The position numbers were made by a program, and so were the translations under genes. Below the pieces are notes generated by a model. That model ran no database searches. It saw nothing but the letters and a program-made list of their open reading frames with translations, and was not told where the DNA came from. A DNA stretch of 64,000 nt. Source: a virus (lineage: Duplodnaviria; Caudoviricetes). The stretch is from IMG/VR virus record IMGVR_UViG_3300050159_000048; one strand, 5' to 3'. Below are positions 47,980 through 57,451 of this stretch, piece after piece. Within the stretch, counting starts at the first letter, position 1; each line of letters opens with the position of its first letter.

Positions 47980-48018
47980 TTTACCCTCTCTAAACCTATT
48001 TAAGAGGGTAAAATGGCA
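47974..48018 (-). promoter_or_regulatory. RBS/ATG-sequestering hairpin with late promoter in the loop
   Basis: TGCCATTTTACCCTCT-TAAATAGGTTTAG-AGAGGGTAAAATGGCA; 16-bp perfect stem. Confidence 0.85.
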
Positions 48019-48025
48019 GTGATTC

Positions 48026-49783
48026 TTATGCTGGTAGCGGTTCCTGGAGAATTCCGCTGAACCCCTTGCTGAGTTGAACCGTCATTTTGCGGTCGAACAT
48101 ACCGTCAATTTCAGCACGGTGAGAGATCACAAAAGTAGAGGTCTTATGTGTGCGAGCTAGATGCTTGATCAAGTATGCGCAAGCAGTAACTCCGCCAGCA
48201 TCCAGGCCATAATCTAGCACTTCATCGAATACAGTAAGGTTTGTTCGACCGTACAGACGAGACCGCACATCACGAAACGCCAAAGATAGCGCAAAGTGAA
48301 TGCGAGCGCGTTGCCCCGTAGACATCAGGCCGACGTCGAACTCACTACCAAGTTTGGTGATCATAACGTCAAGCTCATGGGTGAACTCAATAGAATGTGG
48401 CAATCCGAGATCCGCTAGGTAGTTCTTCAACTGCTTATTCAGATACGGCAGGTTCTTATTCAGCAATGCCTTACGAACGAAACTATCATTCTTCGTCAGG
48501 AGCTTGAGCAAGAAGTCTTGATGTTTCAATTCCTTGTCTAGAGCGTTAGCCTGCTCATAATCAACCTCATCAAGCTTGACGTCTAGCAGCTCTTGCAGAG
48601 GTTCCTCATACGGATTCTGCGCCACTTCACCTTCAGCGATACGCTGTCGGAACGAAGATGCTTGATCGCGGATGGCCAACAACTCAGTCAAATTAGGCAC
48701 AGTAATCTTCGCAGACACCGTTTCTGCCTCCCGCTCGAGTTGTGTGATCTTACGGCTGATCATCTGACGCACCTCTGTGGCCTCTGCTAACTCCTCGTTC
48801 AGTGCAATTTGTTGGGTTGACAGACGAGTGATGTTTGTTGCGGCGTCGGGGTGTCCCTGCATGCAGTACGGACACTTGTTATCCCGCAGATGGATCAACT
48901 CCTCAGCAATCTTACGCAGTGCGGTATTCAGATCAGCAATTGTGCGGTCCTCAAGCTTGAGCTCTGATCGCAGTTCACGAATCGCAGATTGTACTTCAGC
49001 AACTTTGGCGTGAAGTTCACGCTCAGCGTCGAAGTCAATGTTGTCAATCTTCGCCAGCTTGGTTTTCAAATCTGCAACGGTTTTGGCGTTTTGAATCACC
49101 CAATCCGAAACGCGACGCTTGGCTGTTTCGATAAGAGTAGAATGCCGCTCATGTTCACGAATTAGTTGATCAATCGTGCTCTTTTTGTGCACGAGTTCCT
49201 TCTTGGTATCCTTGATCAATGTACGCAGCTTGTCAGCCTTGTCGGAAATGACAGTAATACCAAAAATCTCTTCAATGAACTCTTTTTGCTTCGGGCTGGG
49301 CAAATCCAGAAAGCCTTCTGTGCTGGCCTTGAATGCAACGATCTGCTCAAACATATCAGCAGGAATACCGATTGTTTGGGCAATAATCTTGTTGGTATCA
49401 CCATTAGGTACAACAGTGATGTCCTTGCCGTCTTCGTAGAAGAATACCTTGTTACCCTCTGCACCAGCCTTCATCTTGCGCATCCGGTGGATCTTGTAAT
49501 GCTTGCCATTGACAGCAAACTCCAAGATCACTTCCATCTGCTTTTTGTTGACGTTGTTGACGAGGCTGTCAACAGGGACTTTGCGGGGTGATTTATCAAA
49601 CAAGACATACACCAAAGCGGTGAGCACGGCTGTTGATTTACCAACGCCGTTACTACCGCCGTCGATGTGGTCTAGGTTCTCCCCAACAATCAGAGTGGTT
49701 CCGCTGATGTTGAGGGGTACTGTGGTTAAGTTGTTCCCGTACGACAGGAAATTGCGTAGGGAGATGGAAATGAACTCAATCAT
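48026..49783 (-). CDS. gp46/SbcC-like SMC ATPase
   Basis: NGVGKST, CPYC hook, MSTGQR signature, VFDEV, VISH. Confidence 0.93.
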   Translation of the reverse strand: MIEFISISLRNFLSYGNNLTTVPLNISGTTLIVGENLDHIDGGSNGVGKSTAVLTALVYVLFDKSPRKVPVDSLVNNVNKKQMEVILEFAVNGKHYKIHRMRKMKAGAEGNKVFFYEDGKDITVVPNGDTNKIIAQTIGIPADMFEQIVAFKASTEGFLDLPSPKQKEFIEEIFGITVISDKADKLRTLIKDTKKELVHKKSTIDQLIREHERHSTLIETAKRRVSDWVIQNAKTVADLKTKLAKIDNIDFDAERELHAKVAEVQSAIRELRSELKLEDRTIADLNTALRKIAEELIHLRDNKCPYCMQGHPDAATNITRLSTQQIALNEELAEATEVRQMISRKITQLEREAETVSAKITVPNLTELLAIRDQASSFRQRIAEGEVAQNPYEEPLQELLDVKLDEVDYEQANALDKELKHQDFLLKLLTKNDSFVRKALLNKNLPYLNKQLKNYLADLGLPHSIEFTHELDVMITKLGSEFDVGLMSTGQRARIHFALSLAFRDVRSRLYGRTNLTVFDEVLDYGLDAGGVTACAYLIKHLARTHKTSTFVISHRAEIDGMFDRKMTVQLSKGFSGILQEPLPA

Positions 49784-50839
49784 TTAGAGGCGCCGGTATT
49801 GTTGTATTAGTAGGGCGTTATCAATTTGGTCTGATTTGATGTCTGAGAGCATCTGAACAATCAAGTCATCAATCGTCGTTCCGTCTGTATCACCCGATGC
49901 TTCAGGAACATCAACGTCCGTTTCCGTTCCGCTGATGGCTTCGACAGCATCTTTGGGCTCTTCGTATGTGAATTCACGCAATTCAAATTGCTTCATCATT
50001 AGTTCCCGTAGATTGTTTGTCTCTTCAAGTGACAATTCCTCATCTAAGACACATTTCACCCGTGACTGAGGACGTATAATAATACCTCCATCCAGGATCT
50101 TTGACACCTTGAACCGGAGGTAAAGGGGAGCGTCCGGCCAATCTTGGAATGTTACATCGCGGATGGTATGGTCGTATACGGCCATACCTCGACTGTAATC
50201 ACCAACGTCACCAAAGTCCATTGGAAATGTGTTGCCGATGTATACAATGTTGTCCTTCTGCTGTCGTTGATGGAAATGGCCTGACAGAATGTGTTCTGGG
50301 CCCGCGAACTTTTTGTGGTCAGGTCCGTGTTGCATTACCATGCTGTAACCGGTAACGCGGAAACCTTGAAATTCGAAGTGTCCTGCCCAAAACGGTAGAC
50401 TCAGATACTCGTCCAGCTTGTCGTACTCTTCGTGAAATAGATACGGACTGAAAAAGGCCCCATCCCCTATTTCTGGAATAATCGTTGGGGTATCGATCAC
50501 ACGAAAATTCGAAAACTCCTGGAATGGTAGGACGGAGTAGATTTCTCGCGTATGTCGATGATACAGGTCGTGATTCCCAACAACAAAGTAAACTGGTAGA
50601 CCTAAGTCGTTTAGCATTTTTGCGCCAGTATACGAATACGTCAGAGTTGCTAGGTTGATGGCGCTACGGTTTTCATTCCAATCACCCAAGAACCCAACGT
50701 AATCGATCGTTGGATCGGCCCGCACTTGCTCACAAAACCACCGCAGGTGGTTTAGACAGTCTTGATTGTGTATTGGTGAGTTGGACTTCTTGCCGAAGTG
50801 GATGTCGGTAAGAAACGCACCTTTCTTCAGTTGTGTCAT
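49784..50839 (-). CDS. gp47/SbcD-like nuclease
   Basis: TDIHFG, LGDW, GNHD, GHFE, SGHFH. Confidence 0.93.
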   Translation of the reverse strand: MTQLKKGAFLTDIHFGKKSNSPIHNQDCLNHLRWFCEQVRADPTIDYVGFLGDWNENRSAINLATLTYSYTGAKMLNDLGLPVYFVVGNHDLYHRHTREIYSVLPFQEFSNFRVIDTPTIIPEIGDGAFFSPYLFHEEYDKLDEYLSLPFWAGHFEFQGFRVTGYSMVMQHGPDHKKFAGPEHILSGHFHQRQQKDNIVYIGNTFPMDFGDVGDYSRGMAVYDHTIRDVTFQDWPDAPLYLRFKVSKILDGGIIIRPQSRVKCVLDEELSLEETNNLRELMMKQFELREFTYEEPKDAVEAISGTETDVDVPEASGDTDGTTIDDLIVQMLSDIKSDQIDNALLIQQYRRL

Positions 50840-51450
50840 GCCAAGCTGTCCTCGCTGCTATCAGCATCATCCAGCTCAACGGCTGCCAATTCGTCAGCCA
50901 TTTCCGCAACCTCTTGGTCAATGATTTCGCGACCATTCTCATCGCGTTCGATTGGAGCATCAATGAATTGAACCTTTTGTTGGCGCTCAATGCCAGACGA
51001 AAGAGTGTCGAAGTCTTGCTCATCTTCAATGTAGTGTCGATCACTACCATCTTCGTTGAAACCAAACGAAGGATTTAGCCCCTGTGCAATCATCATCTTG
51101 TCGCGCAACACACGATGTTTCTTTTCGTGCTTCAGATATTGTGAGAACGAGTTCTTAATGCACTGGGTGTAGAATGCGAATGGATTGCTACTGACTTCAG
51201 GATTGAAACTCTTCCAGGTTCGCACAATCATCATCATAGCGTACGCTTGCATGTCTTGATTGTATGAATAGCCGCTGTAACTGCCCTTCATAGCATACCG
51301 CGAACACAGCAATTGCAGCATCTTGGCGAATGTGTTGGACATTTCGCCCTTCTCCTGCGACGCCTTGTACTCAGCTAGCAGTTCCTTATTGTTGAGATAG
51401 ATCGTACGACCGTTTTGTGTAATTGATGTGGGGTAGTTTTTGGTTGCCAT
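50836..51450 (-). CDS. gp55-like late-transcription sigma factor
   Basis: YLNNKELL, YSY.QDM, FNPE.S.NPFAFYTQ..KNSF...EKK; ATG 51450. Confidence 0.9.
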   Translation of the reverse strand: MATKNYPTSITQNGRTIYLNNKELLAEYKASQEKGEMSNTFAKMLQLLCSRYAMKGSYSGYSYNQDMQAYAMMMIVRTWKSFNPEVSSNPFAFYTQCIKNSFSQYLKHEKKHRVLRDKMMIAQGLNPSFGFNEDGSDRHYIEDEQDFDTLSSGIERQQKVQFIDAPIERDENGREIIDQEVAEMADELAAVELDDADSSEDSLA

Positions 51451-51485
51451 GTGGTTTTTAACCTTCTTGGTGAGGTTTTGAGTTG

Positions 51486-51514
51486 ATAGTACGCCAAAAA
51501 ATTGGCAAGGGCAA
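51486..51514 (-). promoter_or_regulatory. sigma70-type promoter for gp55-gp47-gp46
   Basis: TTGCCC-N17-TACTAT. Confidence 0.65.
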
Positions 51515-51518
51515 CGGG

Positions 51519-51525
51519 ATAAATA
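51519..51525 (+). promoter_or_regulatory. Late promoter ATAAATA for baseplate operon
   Basis: gATAAATA upstream of 51553. Confidence 0.7.
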
Positions 51526-51552
51526 CAAAACCTAAAGAGAGTTGGTATCCGT

Positions 51553-52299
51553 ATGGCTTATGATTCAATAAACAACTACAAAGTGCGTCTAGTTCCTGTA
51601 TCCAAGTGGAAGTCGGGCGACATCACCACAATCCGACAATCCGGTGTTGTGTTCGAGGCAACGCCAAACTTCACAGAATCTCGGTCTGCTGAATATGAAG
51701 CGCTTGCTCCTATTCACATGCCTGGATCAATTCAGGTGTACAAACGAACAAACTCGCGGACATTCTCAATTGGTGCACACTTACTCTCGCGCAACGTTGA
51801 CGATGCGCGAACAAATATGCGCTACCTTCAACTGCTTCGTAGTTGGATGCTGCCGTACTTCGGTAAGACTGACACACTGCATGCAAACCAGCAAGCCAAT
51901 CGCGACTCACGTCGCCAATCCGGTAATTCCAGCGGCCAGACCCAGGAAGAACGTATCACCAGCGAAGGTGTACAGCTGCGGGGCGCTCCGCCTGACGTTC
52001 TGTTCTTGTATGCGTATTCCGCTAACCAAGACGGTCAACGCTCTATGAGCACGCCAATCATTAACATTGCCCGTGTTCCTGTGGTGATGACCAACTTAGA
52101 AATCACCTACCCTGAAGATGTTGATTATATTCCAGTTGCAGAGGTTGACGCGGATGGTCAACTGATCAACATGGACAAAGCACAACCATTCCCACGTAAG
52201 ATGGATGTCACAATCTCGCTGATTGAGACACACTCTCCGCGCGAGTACGAAGAATTTGACCTCTTGAGTTACAAGATGGGCAACCTAACAGGATTCTAA
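51553..52299 (+). CDS. Baseplate tube-initiator-like protein
   Basis: TP..TESRSA.Y, YKRT.SR...I, GAPP..L.L, PVV.T.L..TYP.DVDYI. Confidence 0.65.
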   Translation: MAYDSINNYKVRLVPVSKWKSGDITTIRQSGVVFEATPNFTESRSAEYEALAPIHMPGSIQVYKRTNSRTFSIGAHLLSRNVDDARTNMRYLQLLRSWMLPYFGKTDTLHANQQANRDSRRQSGNSSGQTQEERITSEGVQLRGAPPDVLFLYAYSANQDGQRSMSTPIINIARVPVVMTNLEITYPEDVDYIPVAEVDADGQLINMDKAQPFPRKMDVTISLIETHSPREYEEFDLLSYKMGNLTGF

Positions 52300-52300
52300 T

Positions 52301-52621
52301 ATGGCAACACGGTCAGACCAACAAAACGGCGGACGCTATCAAAAAGGTGGCACCTCAGAAGTTGTCAATGGTGGAATTCGGTGGTGGGAGCGCCGCATTT
52401 ATAAGAAGTCACCTACAGACATCAAGTACACAATCCCTCGTAGGTACCAACACCGGCCGGACCTACTAGCGTATGATTTGTACGGTAAAGCGTCAATGCA
52501 GTGGTTCATTCTGCAGTATAACACAATCATTGATATCATGGACGAATTTGTAGAGGGGGCTGAAATCTATCTCCCCACAACCGCTCGTCTATACGGCGAA
52601 ATCCTTTCGTCCTCAAAATAA
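52301..52621 (+). CDS. Baseplate wedge protein gp53-like (LysM-like)
   Basis: RPDLLAYDLYG...WFILQYN.I.D. Confidence 0.85.
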   Translation: MATRSDQQNGGRYQKGGTSEVVNGGIRWWERRIYKKSPTDIKYTIPRRYQHRPDLLAYDLYGKASMQWFILQYNTIIDIMDEFVEGAEIYLPTTARLYGEILSSSK

Positions 52622-52638
52622 CATAATCGGGACAGATA

Positions 52639-55575
52639 ATGTCAACACCCGCAAGTCGCTTAGCGAAATTCCGTTCATATAGCTACTACCACGTCCTAGC
52701 GATGTGCGATTGTAGCCAAACTGCAGACCTTTTATCAACAAAAGCTGACGTCAATGCTTGGATGCATGCAACGGACGCCACAAAAGCACCACCGCCAGCC
52801 AATACTTCATATGTTGGTGTTGAAGATTTGGGAATGTACGCCCCAAAACTGATCGACCCCAAGGTGGAGACGAGTGGCCGTTATGCGATCTTGATCAATG
52901 GATCAACCGACGCGTCATATGTAATCCAACGCGCTACTTGGTCAACACTAACAGCGTCGGGTGCCGTGCCGCGCGACCGCGGCACGTCAATTGCCGTTGA
53001 AGGCTCAATTTCTGTAGCTGAACCAAAGGGGGTTGCGTTCCTCGATCAGGTGGTTAAGTGCAGTATTGCACTCGGAGTTGACAGTTCACAAGTTGTATAC
53101 GTATTGAAGACGATCTTTGTTGGTCACCTGGATAATGGTGGTGAGGATCAATCCGCAGCCGTAATCTCGGACGTTCCGGGCCTGACTTTCATTGCGTATG
53201 ACGCGACAGGATCCTTCACAGAACGTGGTGGCGAATATGAGATGATGTTTGTTGGAGCTGGTCACGGCGCCGCCCGGTTGCCACAGTACAGCAAAGCAGT
53301 AAATTCGATGAACTTAACTGCTGGAGATAGTCTTGAGCAGACGCTCAAGAAACTGCAGGACAACATCAATGAAGGATACGACAAGTACTTTGATTGTGTG
53401 TATCAAACTGTGTCTCAGATGGAGGGTGGAGCAGAGCTAGCCAAGACGCTCCGCAAGGTGAAGTATGAGATTGAAGTAGGCCCAGATTACAAAGATGAGA
53501 CGGGTCAGATCAAGTACACAGTATCCAACCAAACAAACATCTATAAGAACGGTGCGGGCTGTAACGACAAAGCCCAAATCTCATTCCCAACACAGACAAG
53601 CATTGAGGGTGCAATTAGCACAATCATGCAGATGTGTCCACGAGTTCAAGAAGAAGCCGCTACAGGAGATGCGTCGGATAAGATCAAATACGAATACAAG
53701 ATCCACTCGGCGCTTGAATCACAGCCAGGCAACGACGGGTTGATGGACTACACCATCTACTACCGTGTTGAACGCTTCATTACTCCTAAGACCATTGCTG
53801 TCCAACCGGAGTTTGAAGTTCTAGCCACTACAAATGACGACCAGCTAAAGTCAGACCCCAAGTACAACATGTTGCGTCGCAACATTATTGAGTTTGACTA
53901 CATGTACACCGGCCGGAACATCGACGTTCTGGAGTTTGACATGAAGGTCAACCTTGGCATGGCTTATCTGCAGACCGCTACGCTATCAAACACATTTAAG
54001 GGCCAACGTGAACGCACCGCAAATGTGATGACACAGCCTGCTAACCAGGATTTGCAGAACGTTGGCACCAAGTTAGGTCAATTGGTGCAGACACCAGTGT
54101 TCTTCGGATCGCACATGAAGGCGCCTATGTTTGCGAACCAACAGAACGCAAGCAATGCCATTCAATCAGCGTATACGATGTCAAAACATGCGTCCTTGGA
54201 AGTCACAGAAGCTAGCATGACGATTGTGGGCAATGATCTGTTGCTTGGGTCCGCAAATGAGACGACTTCTCCTGCTGCTATCCGGCGTGCTGCAGCACGA
54301 AATACTACTGAAACAAATACTCCAACGGAAGCTAACTTTGCGGATTGGTCATATGTCCCTGCGTTTGCCAAAGTTCGCATCAAGATGCCTCGCAATAACA
54401 ATGATGTCGACCTGTTCACGGGATCAAACACAGCTGGAGCACGTGATGACTCGGTCGGGTCGACTGATTATGCGGTTGATTTTTGGTTTGACGGGTATTA
54501 CTATGTGTACGGGATGGACCACATTTTTGACAATGGTGTGTTTACGCAAAAGTTGCAGATGCTTGGAATTCCGAAGCGTAGCGCTTTCGAGGCTTCGAAG
54601 ACCAACGCCACTAGGAGCGTGAGCGCCCCTGCCTCAGTTGACTCGTGCTTCAACAATGCAGTTGGCTGCGGTGCTACAGGTACGGCTGGCTCTGTTTCGT
54701 CCAATCAACCAACTGTTGCTGTTCCTACGACACCTCCGTCAGGATCAACCCAACCAACTAACCGCCAAGACTCTCAGACCGTCAATTCTGGCGCTAAATC
54801 ACCGTCGGATGTGCGTGGGTGGGACAGTGCTGATCCGTCGGTTCGTTCTGCTATCGTGGATGCTGCAAACCGGTACGGTGTGAATGTAGTAACACTGGCA
54901 CAGTTTGCCGCGCAAGAATCCAGCATGGGTCGGAATCTCCGCGCTCCTTCGTCTTCTGCTGTTGGCTTGTTCCAATTCATCGAGAGTACGTGGAAGTCCA
55001 TGGTAAACCAAGGAAAGGTGATCGGACTATCAGACCCAAATCCTGCACTTCGCATGAACCATACATATAATGCGTATGCTGGAGCTGCGTTCTTACGTGA
55101 CAACACAGCAGCAGTTAACTCAAATGAGGTTGGTGACCTGTACCTTGCACACTTTTTAGGTCCGGGTGCAGCTCGTCGAGTGGTTGACGCTGACCGCGGC
55201 GGTCGTGGTAGTGTTGATCTTGCAATAATCATGGACGGGTTGTTTAGGAACAAGACGGGTGCTGAGTGGGCTGCAGGCGTTCGTCGTGCAAACCCAACGG
55301 TTCCACTGACCAATTCAACCGAACTGCGTAACTGGGCTGCTCGGACGATGGCAAAGACTCTCAAGCAAGGCGTAGCGGTAGCCTCACAACAAACAGCTAC
55401 CCCTCCAGCATCTGCGGCTGGCGCTCCGCAAGCTTCAACAAGCGCTACCCCGCAGGTTGAACAACGCCGCACAGCTGGTCAGCCAGTGTCTGCGGTGCAA
55501 GACTGCAACACTCAAGCAGCCAAACAAGACAACAGCCCGTCGGGTTGTGGTCCACGTGCAGAAGACAAGAAATAA
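52639..55575 (+). CDS. Baseplate hub protein with C-terminal lytic transglycosylase (SLT)
   Basis: Hub-like FDGYYYV..MDH.F.NG.FTQ.L; SLT motifs AQES, AVGLFQFIESTW, LYLAHFLG. Confidence 0.8.
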   Translation: MSTPASRLAKFRSYSYYHVLAMCDCSQTADLLSTKADVNAWMHATDATKAPPPANTSYVGVEDLGMYAPKLIDPKVETSGRYAILINGSTDASYVIQRATWSTLTASGAVPRDRGTSIAVEGSISVAEPKGVAFLDQVVKCSIALGVDSSQVVYVLKTIFVGHLDNGGEDQSAAVISDVPGLTFIAYDATGSFTERGGEYEMMFVGAGHGAARLPQYSKAVNSMNLTAGDSLEQTLKKLQDNINEGYDKYFDCVYQTVSQMEGGAELAKTLRKVKYEIEVGPDYKDETGQIKYTVSNQTNIYKNGAGCNDKAQISFPTQTSIEGAISTIMQMCPRVQEEAATGDASDKIKYEYKIHSALESQPGNDGLMDYTIYYRVERFITPKTIAVQPEFEVLATTNDDQLKSDPKYNMLRRNIIEFDYMYTGRNIDVLEFDMKVNLGMAYLQTATLSNTFKGQRERTANVMTQPANQDLQNVGTKLGQLVQTPVFFGSHMKAPMFANQQNASNAIQSAYTMSKHASLEVTEASMTIVGNDLLLGSANETTSPAAIRRAAARNTTETNTPTEANFADWSYVPAFAKVRIKMPRNNNDVDLFTGSNTAGARDDSVGSTDYAVDFWFDGYYYVYGMDHIFDNGVFTQKLQMLGIPKRSAFEASKTNATRSVSAPASVDSCFNNAVGCGATGTAGSVSSNQPTVAVPTTPPSGSTQPTNRQDSQTVNSGAKSPSDVRGWDSADPSVRSAIVDAANRYGVNVVTLAQFAAQESSMGRNLRAPSSSAVGLFQFIESTWKSMVNQGKVIGLSDPNPALRMNHTYNAYAGAAFLRDNTAAVNSNEVGDLYLAHFLGPGAARRVVDADRGGRGSVDLAIIMDGLFRNKTGAEWAAGVRRANPTVPLTNSTELRNWAARTMAKTLKQGVAVASQQTATPPASAAGAPQASTSATPQVEQRRTAGQPVSAVQDCNTQAAKQDNSPSGCGPRAEDKK

Positions 55576-55584
55576 GAGAACAAG

Positions 55585-57021
55585 ATGGCCCGCTCAACAC
55601 AACAACACGATATTTTTCAAGCTGGAGCAAACTCGTCTGATACGCTTCAGACTATCACCATTGGCATGGTTGTAGACACCAACGACCCGCAACAAATGGG
55701 TCGTGTTCGTGTAGTCTGTCCTGTTTGGGGAGATAGTTGGAATAACGTGGTGGAAGATTTGCCGTGGGCAATCTATATGTCACCGTTTGGTGGACAGGTA
55801 CAGGTAGGAACGCGCGGCCCCGGCATTCAGGAGTCTGGGGGCGGTATCGCTTACGGCATGTGGGCAATTCCTAAAGTTGGCTCACAAGTAGCTGTGGTTT
55901 GTGTTGACGGTAACCCACAGACGCGGATGTATATTGGTTGCATTTACGATCAGTTCACTCCACACACAATGCCGCACGGCCGCTTCATGTACGATGACCA
56001 CCCCGAGTTGGAAAAAACATCTGGGGCTCCCGCTCCGTACGGTCCGTACACGTCTGCGGAAAAGTACATTCAACCACTTGCTGACAATCAAAAGCAAGCG
56101 TTCGGTCACCAAGAGGAGCCGAATTATGAGTTCCGTACTCGTGCTGCTGACTTCTCTGTGTCGCGAGTTGACATTGCCCAAATTGATCAAACGTATAGCA
56201 AGGTGCAGGACGACAAAGATGTCACCCACGACGGTTGGACAAACACACAAGGTTACCAAGCAAGCCGCACTGACCCGCATGCACAGTCATCCCTAACCGA
56301 CAAGAACTATGATTCCATGGTAACATCTGTGGTATCTGCTGGATTCCATGCAATCTCAATGGATGACCGTCAGGAAAACTGCCGTATCCGCATCCGTACT
56401 ACTTCAGGTCATCAGATTCTATTGGATGACACAAACGAGCGAATCTACATATCAACCGCTCGAGGTAATAATTGGATCGAATTGGACCAGAACGGTAACG
56501 TCGATATCTACTCTGCAAACAAGCTAAATGTACATGCGGAAAAGGAGATTAACTTTACGTCTGATGAAACCGTGCGAATCTACGGCAAAAAGGGCGTCCA
56601 CATCAAGTCGGATACGGAAGTGCGTGTAGAAGCAACAGAAGATTTGCACCTGAAAGCTGGAGCAAATGTTCGTACACAGGCTGGATCTACGTTATACCTA
56701 CAATCAGGCAGCAACTTGAATGTGAAATCTGGTAGTGCTCTGAACCTACAATCAGGCGGTGCAACAAACATTCTGGCGGGTGGTGCTATTGTTCAAACTG
56801 GCTCTGCAATTCATTTGAACGGACCTGGAGCAGGCTCCGCATCCGCTGCTGGAAGCAAATCAGCGTTGTGGACAAATCGTGTTCCAGCTCATGAACCATG
56901 GGCTCGCACAATGACTAAGTCTGACCAAACACATTCTCCTGAGTTTGGATATGCTGACTCCAGCGTTAACCGAGTAGAACGTGGCGTTGAAACAACTCGA
57001 GGAATGTTCTGGAGGCGTTGA
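55585..57021 (+). CDS. Baseplate spike gp5/VgrG-like, no lysozyme domain
   Basis: G.VVDTNDP..MGRVRV OB-fold, P.VGS.V.V, RT.SGHQ..LDD, beta-helix repeats, VP.HEPW. Confidence 0.88.
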   Translation: MARSTQQHDIFQAGANSSDTLQTITIGMVVDTNDPQQMGRVRVVCPVWGDSWNNVVEDLPWAIYMSPFGGQVQVGTRGPGIQESGGGIAYGMWAIPKVGSQVAVVCVDGNPQTRMYIGCIYDQFTPHTMPHGRFMYDDHPELEKTSGAPAPYGPYTSAEKYIQPLADNQKQAFGHQEEPNYEFRTRAADFSVSRVDIAQIDQTYSKVQDDKDVTHDGWTNTQGYQASRTDPHAQSSLTDKNYDSMVTSVVSAGFHAISMDDRQENCRIRIRTTSGHQILLDDTNERIYISTARGNNWIELDQNGNVDIYSANKLNVHAEKEINFTSDETVRIYGKKGVHIKSDTEVRVEATEDLHLKAGANVRTQAGSTLYLQSGSNLNVKSGSALNLQSGGATNILAGGAIVQTGSAIHLNGPGAGSASAAGSKSALWTNRVPAHEPWARTMTKSDQTHSPEFGYADSSVNRVERGVETTRGMFWRR

Positions 57022-57040
57022 TGGTGGGATGTCTCCGTAG

Positions 57041-57047
57041 ATAAATA
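57041..57047 (+). promoter_or_regulatory. Late promoter ATAAATA
   Basis: gATAAATA upstream of gp25. Confidence 0.7.
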
Positions 57048-57067
57048 CTGAAAACCATTGAGGCATT

Positions 57068-57451
57068 ATGATTAAAGGTCTTTACCGCGGCTACTCATCC
57101 CACGAGTACCAAAACAACAAACGATTCAACCTCACTGACGTAGAGTTGGTGAAGTTGGATCTGCTCAATCACATCTTCACTCGTCGGGGTGAACGGGTGA
57201 TGATGCCTACGTTTGGTACCCGGATCCCCGACCTGCCTTTTGAACCTCTAGATCAACTGACCTTGGACGTACTAGAGGAAGACCTGCGCGCAGTATTCAC
57301 CTTCGATCCAAGGGTTGAGCTACTAAAACTAAACATCATTCCACTGTATGATCAAAATGCTGTAATTGCCAGCGCTCGCCTGCAATACATTGAGCTGAAT
57401 ATGGTGGACAATCTAGATATCAACCTCGTTTTTGAAGGTACTACACAATGA
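57068..57451 (+). CDS. Baseplate wedge gp25-like
   Basis: TRRGERVMMPTFGT.I..L.FEP, DPRV. Confidence 0.92.
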   Translation: MIKGLYRGYSSHEYQNNKRFNLTDVELVKLDLLNHIFTRRGERVMMPTFGTRIPDLPFEPLDQLTLDVLEEDLRAVFTFDPRVELLKLNIIPLYDQNAVIASARLQYIELNMVDNLDINLVFEGTTQ

